Below are positions 45,386 to 58,882 of a stretch of DNA of 64,000 nt, one piece after another (position 1 is the stretch's first letter; each line of letters starts with the position of its first letter). The translations under genes and the position numbers were made by a program. The stretch is from the NCBI GenBank assembly GCA_950097015.1, contig CATNEN010000011.1:248001-312000 (forward strand). Reading direction: 5' to 3'. Source of the stretch: Macrostomum hystrix (lineage: Eukaryota; Animalia; Platyhelminthes). Below the pieces are notes generated by a model. It searched no databases. It worked only from the letters and a program-made list of their open reading frames with translations, and was not told where the DNA came from.

Positions 45386-48249
45386 GTAGGCATGGAGCAT
45401 ACTTGTCTGGTTGGGGTCAGTTCTTCAGTTCTACACTGGGTTGAGCAAAGTACATGTTATTAATATCTAACACGCTTTCTAATATGGATAACTATTCAAG
45501 GTTGCTCTGTGCACACTCTGTGCTAGATTGACTGCTATGAATTGCTAATTGGTCATTTAAAAATCCACTAGAAGCATTGAATGAATTAACAAAACTGTAG
45601 GCTCATCGCTGCCTAACTCAGTAATTGGTTTGGAAATATAATTTCAAGTCAAACCATATTCCTGATTGACAATGTAGAATATAATAAGTGGTAAAATAAG
45701 TATTCATCTATCTAATACCACTATTTGTTACAATTTATTATTTTCGCTGTTGATTCGTGTTTTCACCTGTTCAACTCATTATGTTATTATCTATAGAAGC
45801 AAAAAACTTTGCTGGCGTAAGAATCCGCTCTGATTATGCTCGTTTCGTTTTCACCCAGTCGATATTTGCCTTTTCAAACTGTTCTGATTGTTGTACGATT
45901 TCACTCGTATTTGATTCGGTATTTATGGTCGTATATACAGCGGTTCAATTTGAAAAGAATTGTACCTTGAATCTTTGTCGGTCTGACTCAATTGATTAGT
46001 ATGTTCGATACCTGCTTCTGATTTCGGCGCTGTGAGTAGCTAGCTTAGCGTTTTTCTTGTTTAGAAGTTTCTTTTGTTTCCTGTGATCATTAGCGCCCAT
46101 GCAATAGATGATTCAATTATAATCGCTGAAAAAATATAATTTAGCCACAGGCGGTATCTGATAAATCTAACAATAATTTTCGTGTCCTGTCAATCGTGTG
46201 TTTAACAATTTTTTTTCTACAATTGCGAATCGCAACTATTCTCTCGTCTAAAAAAATATAAAATATGCCATATACTAATTTCTTGTATTTATCAACTGCA
46301 AATAATCCAGTAGTTTTATTTTTAAAACGCAAATTTCTTTAAAAATATATAATTGTTGATTTCTTATGTTACTATACTATTCCAAACATGCCTATATTAT
46401 TATTTAAACGCGCACGCCATCGATAAGTGCTGATTATTTATTTTTTTTCCAATAAATTAAATTTAATTAGGACTGAGCGTCTGTGCGAGTGTTTTAAGCC
46501 CGTATTGACTCGAGCCTTATATTCCGTCTTACTAACCGGCGAAATCGCAGTTACAAAATGAAATCAGCCTAGGCAGTGAAATCCTGCGTATTTGTCAAAG
46601 CCGGTTCTGTAAGTCCGCAGTTACTAACTATATTTACTTAACAGTTGAAAGACCATGATACGAGGGACAATAAAAAAGTTGTGACACTTTATTAACTAGA
46701 AAATAAATAAATAACGATGTAACTGTTAATCATCCTGAGCCTTCTCAACAAAGTCGCTGCTCACGCTCATGCTGCTGACGCAAACGGACGCAGCAATTTC
46801 TTTTGCTGTTGTTCCTCGCCTCCACTCAAAATGAATGACGGCACGTATGGCTTTTCTTGATTCAGACATAGTCACTTGAGGTGTGGTGAAGTAAAAGTGC
46901 TGCAGATTCTCGAGCTGTTGAATAAAGGCTACAATATTTTCTTTTCAAGTAGGGTACACAATGTGACTATAGAAATTACTAAGAAAAATTGATGCAAGCC
47001 ACATGCGCTGAAAAAATACGAGCGTAAGGCAGTGACAAAACTTTATTACAAGGACCACTAGGAGTAGGACGGGAAACTACGTTTCTTAAAAAAATTGGAG
47101 GCAGGTTTTTGCGAAAAATGCACTACAGAGATAGGAAATTTACATTTTTCAGATTTAAATGGCGAGTTTGATACAAATTGTTATTTTGCTTCAAGTTGCC
47201 TAACATGTTGCTATACCGAATGTTAAAGTTTTGTAAATTACAATTTGATCCTCATACGGTTTTCTTTACTAAATAACCTATCATAAGTCTGAAATTTATT
47301 GAACTACAAACTATAAATAGTAACATTAGCTTGTCCGTATAACTGTGTTCCTATTGCAATTAAGTGTTAGTTAATTAATTAATTAAATTGTATTAGCTGG
47401 TTCTTCCTAGCATTATTAGAAAGCAATGCTTATTTGATTATTTGTCATAAATTTATTATTTATAAATTTTTTCTTTTTAAATTATTTTGTACTTCACATG
47501 ACCTACAAGCTTCATTTTGCTAAATAATGAATATTCACTAGTCGAAAAACGACAACTGTAAAAACTGTAAAGCTATAGGCTCACTTAGAATTCGACGATG
47601 CCGATGTTTTTTAATTCTGGAAGTTGTTTCATCGGATAAAGAGTGTTCCGGATTTTCGTGGCGCTTGGTTGAATATTTTAAGAGATACAGAAAGAAGTAA
47701 AATTTGATTATTTGAAATACCCCCGAGGTCCCACTCAGGCAAATTTGTCATTCTACTTTCTGTTTAGTAGCAGTCAATAAAATTTCTTCTACACTTGCAA
47801 AAAAGCTCCTGGGCTAAAAGAAAACTTGTTAGTGAGCCTATGCGGTAGGTCATAGGTTGACAAGCATAAACACGACAAGATATGACTTAAAAATGTCTAA
47901 TCGCCCAACCATGTTTTTTATTCCTAGCTCTGTGCTACCGCCAACCGAGGATCGAATTCCAGTGAGTATGTGCAGGTTTCCTAGAGACTGGCAAACAATG
48001 TCAGCACAAGCTTGGTGCAAGCTGCCCGTGTAGCTTGCTCTTTACAGACTAAGTCTATAACTGCCCTTCAAAACGCCACGGAGAAGGCACTAATCTTCGG
48101 TGGGACGCAATGCCTCAGAGAGTTGGTGCCTCCTCGTCTTGTTCGCATGGAGCTGCGATCTTCTTCTTTAGGGCGCCCCCGTTCCGTCTGGGCCGCTCTG
48201 GAGGAATAGCCGCCCCATGCTGCGGAGGAGCTCAATGATGGCCCTGGCG

Positions 48250-48790
48250 AGTCCATTACATCATCGTTGGGGAGGCCGCTGAGCGCCCGGTGGCCATTGC
48301 CTCTCGGGCACTCAAAAAGGAGGTGCGGGACAGTGTCGAAAGTGCCTCTGTCCGGGCGTGTCTCGGACGCGGATAGTGGCCTACCGCTGTATAAAATTGT
48401 AAACTCTCAGCTGGATCACACACCGGCCAGTGCCAGGTTTAGTTGTCGATGGTGCTGCTGCCGACTCTAAACTGGTTGACAAATATACCTGTTGGTATAC
48501 CTCGGGAGGCCGTCCGGCGGCGGGCGGCGCGGTGGTATTACGGATGCATCCATGACCCGCCGGCAGCGTCGGGTCGCCGCCTTGGCCGTGTCGAGCTCGT
48601 TGGCGACGGCCTGTTGGTCTATTGGCGATGCAGTCGCGGCGGCGCAGTCCGCAGCCTCATTTCCCGCGACGCCGTGGCCAGGATCCAAGCCAGGCGCACT
48701 TTGCGGCCAGCACGGGTCAATTGTAACAGAAAGTGGCAGCAATCCGCGGCATCGGGAGGATCTGGGTGCGAGCATTCGTACTCAAGGGCG
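48250..48790 (-). pseudogene. 3' remnant of an RNase H-bearing LINE (I/Ingi/R1-like)
   Basis: RKVRLAWI / PGHGVAGNEAADCAA (RNase H C-terminus) across a frameshift, followed by a degenerate C-terminal region. Confidence 0.65.
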
Positions 48791-48824
48791 ACTCGAATGG
48801 TGGACAGCTCCGCGGGAGGGAGGG

Positions 48825-49640
48825 AGCTGCTGCTGCTGTTGTTGTTGTTGCTGATCTGAAGACAGGGGGGACGAAACACTCATGCCTGTCGGCACGTAGC
48901 CGCGGGTTCGGCCGCGGACGGGAGGTCGAAGGCTTCTGCCCAGGGAGGTCTGTCGCGGTACCACCTCCAGAAGCTGATGGCCGCCTGCGGGTTGTTGCAC
49001 AGGTCCTCCAAGCCACGGAAGTCTAGCTCGTCTCGCTTCCAGTAGCTCGCCGGGCAGTCGCAGACGTGACACAGCGTCTCCTGCTCGATCCCGCAGAGCC
49101 TGCACCTTCCATGGTCCTCTTTGCGGATCCACTTCCGGTAGGCCGCGAGCTCGATGGAGTGCCCAGTGCGGAACCGGCGGAAGCTGACAGCATCCGCTCT
49201 GCTTGTGAAAGTCGGGGCCGGGATACTCGGCCAATGGCGTTCGTAGACGTCCTTTAATTATCTGCTGACAGGTTGCCGTTTGCCCAATTTCTCGCTGGCT
49301 TCGCTCGGCTCTCCAGTCTCTTCCGGACCAGCCTGGCCAAAATACCCTCTTTCTCCTGGGGCAGCTTCACAGCCTCGCCAGCCTTGGCATCCGCGGCCTC
49401 GTTACCTTCGCAGCCACAGTGGCTCGGCACCCAGCAGATGGTGATCTTGCCTCGGTGCTCCACCTCACAAATCTTGGCCTCACTGTTCGGACCAGTGGGT
49501 TTTCGCTATAGCTGTTTAGGGCCTTGATGATGCTCTGGCTGTCGCTGAAGATGGTGACTTCTCTCCATGCGATCTCGGTTTGGGCGAACCAGTCCAGGGC
49601 TGTAATTCCTGCGTGCAGATCACACACACGCATGGCATGT
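48825..49640 (-). pseudogene. Second, different RNase H LINE 3' remnant with a CAA/CAG tail
   Basis: VTIFSDSQSIIKAL, ITICWVPSHCGCEGNEAADAKA, RFRTGHS...CRLCG..QETLCHVCDCP; microsatellite tail at about 48825-48855. Confidence 0.8.
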
Positions 49641-49940
49641 GCAGCGCCAAATATTCATGAGATTTTGCACAGCTCCGACTGCACAATTGGTGCCGCTGCG
49701 AGATGAGAACCTTGCGAGCAGGAGCGGAGCACTTCGCAATTGCCTTGACCAGCAAAAAATATTAAAAGCAGTGTGCTTTTGTTTATACAGCTTTTTGATA
49801 CGTTTTTTGGAAAAGAAATGGTAGTACTACACTTAATTATATGTTTAGTTACATTTCTTCGCTTTACAAAGCTACAAAACCTACAACTTTATAAAAATAT
49901 TGTATATTCATAATTAAATAAAGTAATAAAATATTTGCTT

Positions 49941-50235
49941 GTAGCTACATATTCCCAGTAGCTATATATTCCCAGTAGCTACATATTCCCAGTAGCTATA
50001 TATTCCCAGTAGCTAGATATTCCCAGCAGCTAGATATTCCCTGCAGCTAGATTCCCAGTAGCTAAATATTCACTGCAGCTAGATTCCCAGTAGCTAGATA
50101 TTCCCAGTAGCTAGATATTCCCAGTAGCTAGATATTCCCAGTAGCTAGATATTCCCACTAGCTAGATATTCCCAGCAGCTAGACATTCACAGCAGCTAAG
50201 ATTCCCAGTAGCTAGATACTCCCATTTGCTAGATA
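49941..50235. repeat. Minisatellite of about 17 bp (tagctagatattcccag)n
   Basis: Tandem degenerate units. Confidence 0.9.
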
Positions 50236-51330
50236 TTCCTTGTCCTGAGATCGGTTTTAGTATAGAAAAATGCGATAGAAAACTCATCTGTAAGAACGAT
50301 TTTTGACGTATCTTTTGTTCATAAAGTACCTATGGTAATATTGTCTACATTTTGCATATTGCCCAGCTTTCCGTCGCTAAAATCTAACGAACTTAGTTTA
50401 GATTACTTCTTTTTTCTTACTAAAATATTTCAATTTATAACTACGTTTTAAAATTTCATGCAGAAAAAACGTTAAAATGTTTATACTCGAATTTCTACTG
50501 AACAGAAAGTACAATAAAAACCAACAACAAAAATTTGTCAGAGTGGACCATGATATAGTGAATACGCTCTTATAGTATCTGTGTAAAACCTAGGTTTTGA
50601 TTTTTGTATCAAACCGCTGGGGAGGCCTGTGTAAAGTAAAGATTTACTTTATCGTAAAGCCGAGTATAATACTACTAAATACATAATTTAAGTAGTAAGA
50701 ATAGGTTTTTATAGCTACAGACGAGCAACTTCAGCATTCAGCAAAAATTTCAGTATTCAAATCGCGTGAAAAATTCACGAAAAATTCGCGTATTAGTCGG
50801 TGAATGCATGTTACTAAATTGCTAAGAAATTTGTTAAAAATCGTTGAACAAAGCTACTCGTACGAGCGTATGTTCAAGAATATTCAATAAGAAAAAAATC
50901 TAGAAAGTATACCAGTAAAGTATCAGTAAAGTACGAGATAAAAATAAGTCGGATTTTCTATAAAGTCACAAGGACACTGTGAGCTCCCAATTCTGGCCAG
51001 CAGAGACTTTCTAAACATTGGTTCCCGCCATGTAACTACGAGTTACGAGTTGCTCGTAAAGGTGCAGCTTATGAATTACTTAAATTTAGATAGGAATCTT
51101 GACTGCATAGCATCAAAGTGCCTATCTGAATGGTCTGAAGCATTCAGCCCCGAAATTTTAGTTTGTATCTAAGGTAAGCAATTTCGTTGCTATGTAGCCA
51201 GGATAAAAAAACTACTAGCAACCAACATTCTGGTCCATGTGAAATGTTAGTTTTCAATAATTTAATTGACCCTGCTATATTCAGTAGCAGATCCCGTCAA
51301 CTCTACATGTCCTCAAGTGCTGATAGATTC

Positions 51331-51687
51331 TTAGCAGCCAAGCCTGTAGCAGCAGCGCTTGCCCCAGAGAGCCGAGTTATGGCACCAACCATGCTTCCAC
51401 AGGCCGTAGTCGTAGCCACGCAGGTACTCGGAGTAGTACCTGGGGTACAGATCGTATGGATAGGCATGCGGCTTCGGATAGTAGCAGCTGTGGCAGCCCA
51501 GATAGCCGTGATCGGCAACCCGATGATCCAGATAATAGGGCCAGTACCTGTAGGAATAGTAGTGCGCGGTGCAGCAATACGGATAGCCACGCATGCTGCA
51601 CTTGGATCGCTCGGCGGTTACCTTGTGCCGGAAGTCGGTTTCCGAGAGCAGTCGGTCCAGCGAAGCGGATCGTCGCAGGTTGCTCAT
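51331..51687 (-). CDS. Small intronless Tyr/Cys/His-rich protein (118 aa), function unknown
   Basis: caacATG start context; MSNLRRSASL... followed by a strongly Y/C/H/W-biased sequence; GC-richer than flanks. Confidence 0.5.
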   Translation of the reverse strand: MSNLRRSASLDRLLSETDFRHKVTAERSKCSMRGYPYCCTAHYYSYRYWPYYLDHRVADHGYLGCHSCYYPKPHAYPYDLYPRYYSEYLRGYDYGLWKHGWCHNSALWGKRCCYRLGC

Positions 51688-53829
51688 GTTGGATAGCAGC
51701 TATAGTCTGCCTCGTACTGTGAGATGCGGCAGCTTGGCTCTGAGGGCTACGAGTGAGACTGACTGAGTGGAAGAGTAGAATTATATTCTGGCATGCTGAT
51801 CTCCTTCTTCTTAGCTAGCAGTGAGCCTGCCCTGCACATTGTAGAAGAAATGCATTGGGCTGTCGGGCAGCTGCTCTGTCTGTGGGGTGTGCGCCTTGGG
51901 CGAGAGGTGCAGGTTAGTGCTGTGGTGGTCAAAGCAATTAAAGTTTCAGCACCTAAAACAGTACAGAGCGGAGCAGAATTTCTGCCTGGCCCGATAAAGA
52001 GGGGAAGGGCTGAAAGAGTGCGCTGAAGCGAGAATTTTAGTGGCGTAAAGTAGACTGCTGATATTGAAGAATTAATCCTGACGAATTGGCGCTGTGATAG
52101 CAAGCGAGACAAAATTCAAGCAAATAACTATTAAGCAAATAAGCATAATCATGAATTTTCTTATTAAGTATTGCATTCTTCCAATTTAGAAGGTGACTTT
52201 TAATACGCATGCTCGAATTTTTTAAGGTATTTCGTTCATTCTGCATTCAATCATGTACTCTTATGTTCTTTTGTGAATAGTACTAAAACGGCAGATAGCC
52301 ATCTGACAAAAGGTTTTATGAAAAGTTCTGTATTTCAATAAGCCTTATTAATTAAAGTCTGCACTACGAGAGATTACGTTCAAGACCTGCCTGCATTTGT
52401 AAAGGTATAAACTTTGAGTACTTAGTGCATAGCAATTAACTGCTCAGAACTCTTTAGTGCTATATTAAAAGGTGCATTCTTGCCCTGAGAATTAGCCGGC
52501 TCCAGTTTCTGTCCTCTGGCCAGGTCTGACTCAAACTGCTTTGGCTGCTCCTTTCATGCTCACTCATCTGAAGCAGCTTTCAATAAAACTTATTCTCACT
52601 GCTCTCCAGTGACTGTCGCCCTTGAATTGTGAGCCCAGTTGGCCAATGCATCTGAGGAGCAGCTGGGCAAACAACGGCGATCTAAAATTGGCTGGCCGAG
52701 ATGGTGAAGCGCTGGCAAGCCCACGCAGTACTCGTCGGCTTTTTTAATTTCAGCTTTAGAATTGGATAACCACATTTTATCATTTGCAAAGAGCAGCACT
52801 AAGTTCAAGAAGACAAGCTCAGCTTCTGTGTGAAGGTCTAAGCAAATAAGCTCACATATGTAGTGCAGTCAACAATAGGCTCGAGAATAATGAATGCTTC
52901 GATTCCTGCCGCTGAACCAGTTAAGTTTCGTTCAATATTTTCCTAACGGACACATAACGAAAGTCATCTTGCTTAACTCCGCCAGCGCAGGAGCAAAATA
53001 CTCGTATTTTCACTAGACCGCAGAATACGATTATATCGAAAACTCGTAAAATATCCTTCACAATTTGGGAGAAATACACAAATTGATACAAATAAATAGT
53101 TTTTAAGTGAACAAAGATGGGTAATTGATGATGTATTATATATTAGTTAAATTGTGATTTTAACTCTATCTCTATAACACACAAAACAGAAAATTCAATA
53201 GTCGCAGCTAATTCTAGTAGCAAATGGTAAAATTCAAAAGGAGATTTTCAGTCAAATGAATGTTCGATGGCCGAAAAAGGCAGGAAAGAGAAATTGAAAC
53301 ACGCTACTTGTTCTCGCCAAGCAGTAGCAATTAGAAAAAACTAATATCTTCAAATATGCAGACTTGAAAGCCACCCGATTACCCAGCAGAAAGTTACAGA
53401 CCATGGGTTTAACACGGCGCTTCAATAAATTCAGCACACGGAACTTGTTAGAGCGCTAGTCAATTTTTCTGGTTAATTGTGGAACATGATCGCATGTTAT
53501 TATAAAGAGCTTAAACTAATTTTTTATTACTAACAGTAGCCACAGAATAATAGTGAGGTGTAAGAAACTCACTCTATTATAAGCAACGTGAAACAGCGAC
53601 GCAATGGACTTAGAAAAGTAACTCTCTAGGGTTCCTTCCACGCAGTTTTTAGTTAAATAGAATATAAGCATTTTAGCAATTCACTAATAGTGAATTAATA
53701 GCATTTTATACTTATGCAAAGCTTCAGCACGGTGACTAAATTCCACAAGAGCGGAGCAGTCACCGCGATGCTTGAAATAAAGTGAAGAACTACCTGGAGA
53801 GCCACGCTCCCATAAGCGAAGCCGTCCGC

Positions 53830-55017
53830 TCATTGCTTCTGTCGCTGGTCCTGCAGGAATTTGTAGAACACGGAGAAGTCCTTCGCGGACATGCCGTTGG
53901 CGCACATCAGGCTGTAGATCTGGTAGGCCAGGCCGCCCATAACGGTTGAAACACGGCTGTTGGCAGCGGCCGCCTGTGCCAGGCCCAGGTCCTTTAGCAT
54001 CAGGGCGCACAGGAAGCCGCCGTCGTAGTCACGCGATGAAGGAACTCCGGGCACAACGCCAGGCACTGGATTGTAAACCTCAGAGCTCCAGCATCGGCCA
54101 GAGCTGGCGTTGACAACCTCGGCCAGTTTGACGGGGTCCAAGCCCAGCTGCCGGCCAAGAGCCATGGCCTCACAGGTACCCAGCATGGAGACCGCCAGCA
54201 ACATGTTGTTGCAAATCTTGGCCGCCTCACCGCTGCCCACTTTGTCGCCGCAGTGAATTGACTTCTTGCCCATCGCCGCTAGAAGCGGAGCAGCTCTATC
54301 GAATGCTGCCTTGGGGCCACCGCACATGAATGTTAGCTGGGCATTCTTGGCAGCCACCACGCCTCCGCTAACTGGGGCGTCTATGTACACCGAGCCTGCT
54401 CTTGTCGCCTCTTCGGCCACCTTCAGTCAAACGAATTTTAGATAAAGTGTTAATGACTATTGAAACGTAATCGAAGCGGTCTTTCCATCCGTAACACCTG
54501 TCTCTTCTCCAACAAAAGCGGTCTTTCCATCCGTAACACCCGTTTCTCCTACCAGGGCTGAGAAACTGTTCACCCCAGGTTGCTCCCACTATCACAGTGT
54601 CCCAGTATTAGTCACCTTCTCGCAGACGCCTGGCTCGCCGGTAGTGCTGTCAATGAACAGGGTATTCTTGTCCTTGCCAACGCTCGCAGCTGCGGCTAAC
54701 AAACCTCCGGGTCCGCAATAGATCTGCGTGACCTCCCTGGAGCTCGGCAGCATTGTGACTACGGCGCTGGCTCCGTGTACAACGTCAACAGCGCTGGCGG
54801 CGGCCACAGCTCGGCCTTCGCTGTCGGCGATAACGGTTTCAACAGCCGACCGGCTCAGGTCGAACACCTTCACTCTGTGGCCAGCCTTGGCCAAGTTGGT
54901 TGCCATGGAGCCGCCCATGTTGCCAAGGCCGATAAAGCCAAGTTGAGTGGTCGCGGCTGCAGAGGAGACCATGCGGCGACAGACGCCAAGGTTCAGGAGT
55001 AACAGGCGACTGGACAT
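53830..55017 (-). CDS. HIBADH: 3-hydroxyisobutyrate dehydrogenase, mitochondrial (about 330 aa)
   Basis: Exons 55017-54616 and 54420-53830. Transit-like N-terminus; GFIGLGNMG, TMLP, IDSTT, DAPVSGG, LTFMCGG, KICNNMLL, SSGRCWSS, KDLGLA. Confidence 0.95.
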
Positions 55018-56132
55018 AGCGGGCTGGAACACCAGGATGGCATTGGGACTGGAGCCAACATGTCAACTTCATTTTACCAAGCTTTTTGAATACTCAAGCT
55101 CAAACGTGAAGACATCGGCATTGGGGCCTGTTCTACCGCCCCATAGCTCCAGCATGGGGCTATGAAATATATTAAAGCTATCTGTTGCGGAGTTTGTTCT
55201 TTCTGTTTGTCCTTTATAGTAAAGTGCAAAGTCAGTTATCGTTTGGGAAGTCACAGGAGTACCTAAACTATAAGTCTTTTGTACATCATTATCAGTAATA
55301 TATTGGAGCATGAGAGTATTAAAACGGAGGTGAGCTTTAGGGAAAAAAGTGTCGGTTTGCTCGTTTAGCACAATATAGCGCGCAAAACATCTGTATTTAA
55401 ACAAGTGAAATCATGTCAAAGTGGTAGCAGGCATAAAATGTAATAGGTGGAGATGCTGACATGGAATGTAAGAAGTGATCAAACAGTGTGATATAGCGAT
55501 ACTAATAGAAAGCAGGCACCCTGACACACAAGCCGCAGTCTTTCCAAAAGCCCAAACAAAACAAAAAATATTCGAGAACTGCCATGGAGACGTAATTTTA
55601 GTGAACATTTGCTATTCAATAAGCTACTAGTGTCTTAGTTTTTAGCGCAAAAAGTCTTTGTGTAGCCAAATGAGGAAAATGGAGCACACAGAACACATGA
55701 AGTAGGTAAATTATCTCCGAACCTATTGAATAATCGAATGGAATCCATTGATCGACAGCATTATTCTATGGATCGAATAAAGAGTCACTTTTGGTGGATT
55801 AGGTAAAGAATTATGTACGAGTTGGTACATGACTTTGCAACCAATTACAGATCATTTAAAATCCGTGAAAAAAAACAGAAACCGACAAAATAATTTTCTT
55901 TCACCTGTGACGCAAAACCATTTCTACCTATACCGCCCATTCGGAGTGGAGTTCAATTCAATAAAACTATTTATGCTGTCGGTTGCGACATAAAAACTTA
56001 AACTAAACTAAAACAGTGCAAATCAAACTAAGCAATTTATATAAAATATAAATAGCATCATCCTTAGCGCACCACCGATAATAGCACGCTGAAAAACTCA
56101 GCTACGAATATCTTTGAGAACTGCTCAGTCGA

Positions 56133-58113
56133 TCAGCAGCTGGTCTCGCAAATGCCACCGTCACTTCCATCGCCGAAGCCACCGATGAAAGTCCACCACT
56201 GCCGTCTATGGCTGTCAGCGCAAGCCGCAGAGTCACTCTGTGTGTCTGACTGGGCCTGCAATTGTCAGTGTTGGCTGACACAGTGCCACCAACCACATCG
56301 GATCAAACCAGCACTGAACAGGCACTGCCCCACTCACCCCATCGCCGATTCTGCCTAACAGTTGCCGCAGAGCCAGCTCGCTGTAGACCGCATCGGACAG
56401 CGTCAGAAGCAAATCCTCCAAACAGGCGTCGATGCTGCGGCCGCGAAAGCTGGCCAGCAGTGGCTTCAGCTGATCTTCCAGCTCGCTTGTGCTGTCAGCA
56501 GCCACGGCTGTCCGCATATACTGCTGCTGATCCTCTTCTAGCAGCAGACGAGGTACAGTGGTGCGCAGCCAGGCTAGAAAGTCAGTGGAGACAACCGAGC
56601 AGCCGCTAGTGAAACGCGACCGAATCAGCGGGATTAGGCGGCGGATTAGCCGACTAACACGGCGATCGATTTCGCCTGCGTTTAATTTGGTTGAAGCTGC
56701 TGGTCAATTTATGTCTAGCTTATGAATACTGAATGATAGGGCGGATCAGATCAAAGATCTCGTGTATGTTTGGTGGCGGCGGTGAATCAAAGATCTTAAA
56801 GGATCTGGTGTAGCTTGAGCTATGGCGGTGAATCAAAGGATCTGGTGTATGTTTGGTGGCGGCGGTGAATCAAAGATCTTAAAGGATCTGGTGTAGCTTG
56901 AGCTATGGCGGTGAATCAAAGGATCTGGTGTATGTTTGGTGGCGGCGGTGAATCAAAGATCTCAAAGGATCTGGTGTAGCTTGGGCTATGGCGGTGAATC
57001 TAAGGATCTGGTGTAGCTTGGGTTATGGCGGTGGATCTAAAGATCTGGTGTAGCCTGTGTTATGGCGGTGGATCCAGTTTGGGTGGGTGGCGGCGGTGGA
57101 TTAAAATAGGGTTTGGTGTGGGTAGCGTAGCGAGTTCCAAAACCACACCTCTTGTCTCCCCGCCAAAGCCAGCGCCGCGCGCCCCAATTCGCCGGCTGGG
57201 CTCGTCGCTGGCATCAACAAGGCGGCGCCGGCGTTCGTCAGCGAGACGGCGATGTTCATTGAGAACCCGGTCGGCCGTTTCAACCAAGTAGCTTCCGCAG
57301 CTGCGGCTGTCCGAGTCGCTGTCGGACTCGGTGGTGGTGACGCTGGGCAATCGACGATGCCTCGGGTCGTCAGCCGTCTGTGTTGAGGCTGTGGCCATGG
57401 CAACAAAGCGCTGGGTATTGACGCAATTGTACTCGCAGCCGTTGTCTGAGCGAGTTGCTCCGTTTCCACAGCAGGAGACTGGATGGGTAGGCAAGTGGAG
57501 ATTTAAACTGAACGATTATTGGAACAGTTGCATACAACTGAGTCTATCATTGAAAAATATTTCATCGGAACGATAAGAACGGCACAATAAAAGTAGAGGC
57601 GCTTATCAACACAAAAATTTCGACTCGAAACTCACTATAACCGCTGCCGGCCTTGGCGCTGACTGAAAGTGACAGCCGGTTAACCTGGCCAGACAGCTTG
57701 TCAATGACCAGCTGGTGTTCAGCCAGCAATGATTTACATCGGACCAGGCAGCCAAGCATCAGTTGACGGCCAAGCAAGTCGACTTCTTTGTCGAAGCTAT
57801 GCAGCGGACTGCTAAAAAAACGGGACGAATCGGTTTTGTTTCTTCGCGGTTTCTTTCTGAAGCCGGCACGTCGGTCACATGATCCGGGAGTGCGCACAAA
57901 CTGCTGCCGATTTAGCAGCTGAACACATCGTCTCTCTCTGACCGTTAGCCAGCGAACCAGCCGATCCAGCTGCGCTCTGCCCCCAGCGGTGCAGCCCGAG
58001 CCTGGCTTGCAACGCCTGAGCTGCGCAGTGGCTGAGCGCAGATCTGCCCGAACCTGAGACAGCTGAATAGTCAGATCGGCTTCACTGAGCCCAGAGAGCG
58101 AGTCACAATCCAT
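56133..58113 (-). CDS. Four-exon gene of unknown function (about 430 aa, helical/coiled-coil N-terminus)
   Basis: Exons 58113-57636, 57478-57149, 56699-56338, 56255-56133; GT-AG with phases 1, 1, 0 all compatible. The intron 2 donor (gtgtgg) is weaker. No family recognised. Confidence 0.6.
56745..57075. repeat. Composite tandem repeat of about 83 bp (ggcggtgaatcaaagRatct...) in predicted intron 2
   Basis: Three near-identical units plus degenerate ones. Confidence 0.85.
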
Positions 58114-58882
58114 TTCTTTGCTGCCCTTGGTGGCCTAGAAATTTTAATATATTTGTTGTCAGACTTTCTAGTCCTAGGGCATGTATTTTAGCACATGTAT
58201 ACTATTGTTTTTCAGACAAAAATCAATAATTTTTCTTTCTATCTCTTTTTTAACTACTAAAAACCTATTCTTCACCAGAGCCTTGAGTACATGTAGTCAG
58301 AAACATATTTCAAAGTCCTGTTCAGTTTTCAACCATGCTTAGCTCTGAGAGTAGAGCCTATATAAGTTTATCTCAAAGGCCACTGAGTAAATGGGGTTGA
58401 AAATTATTCATGTTTGCTTCTAACAGCAAAAATATCAATTTTCAGCTGTGGAAAGTGATTACTTGTGCTCCTTTGCTTTTCCTTTAGAAAACTGAAGCTA
58501 GTTTCTTTCTTTTTAAGCATATTTACTTTATACTTATAAACTAACTTGAGTGACTAATGTCATTTTAAGCTAAAATTTGAATATTTTGGAATTCAATTTA
58601 CTCTGTAGGTAGCAATACTTTACAATTTGCAAAAAGTGTCTATTTGAAATATAAAAAAATAACATTTATGAATCATCAAAGTTTCTAAAATTACAATGTC
58701 CTGTCTTTGTTACTTGATGAGTTGATGTAACATTTCGGCTATCCTTCAGTTTCATTTGCTTAATTATTTTCAGAGTCTTACATCATTTTTTACCCCTTTT
58801 TCAGCATGGCGGGTCTGCTCCAACGACGATTGTCCCACCGGCTGAGGTCAGGCCAACGACTGACCTATGCGATCTTCCATTC

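Noticed and set aside
46141-46332. YGIFYIFLDERI segment resembling a GPCR TM7 end
   Set aside because: Short, AT-rich and isolated, with no further transmembrane exons found.
56102-56296. Cadherin-like LTAIDGSGGLSS frame
   Set aside because: No compatible splice acceptor or other cadherin motifs; a different frame of the same bases fits the four-exon gene model.
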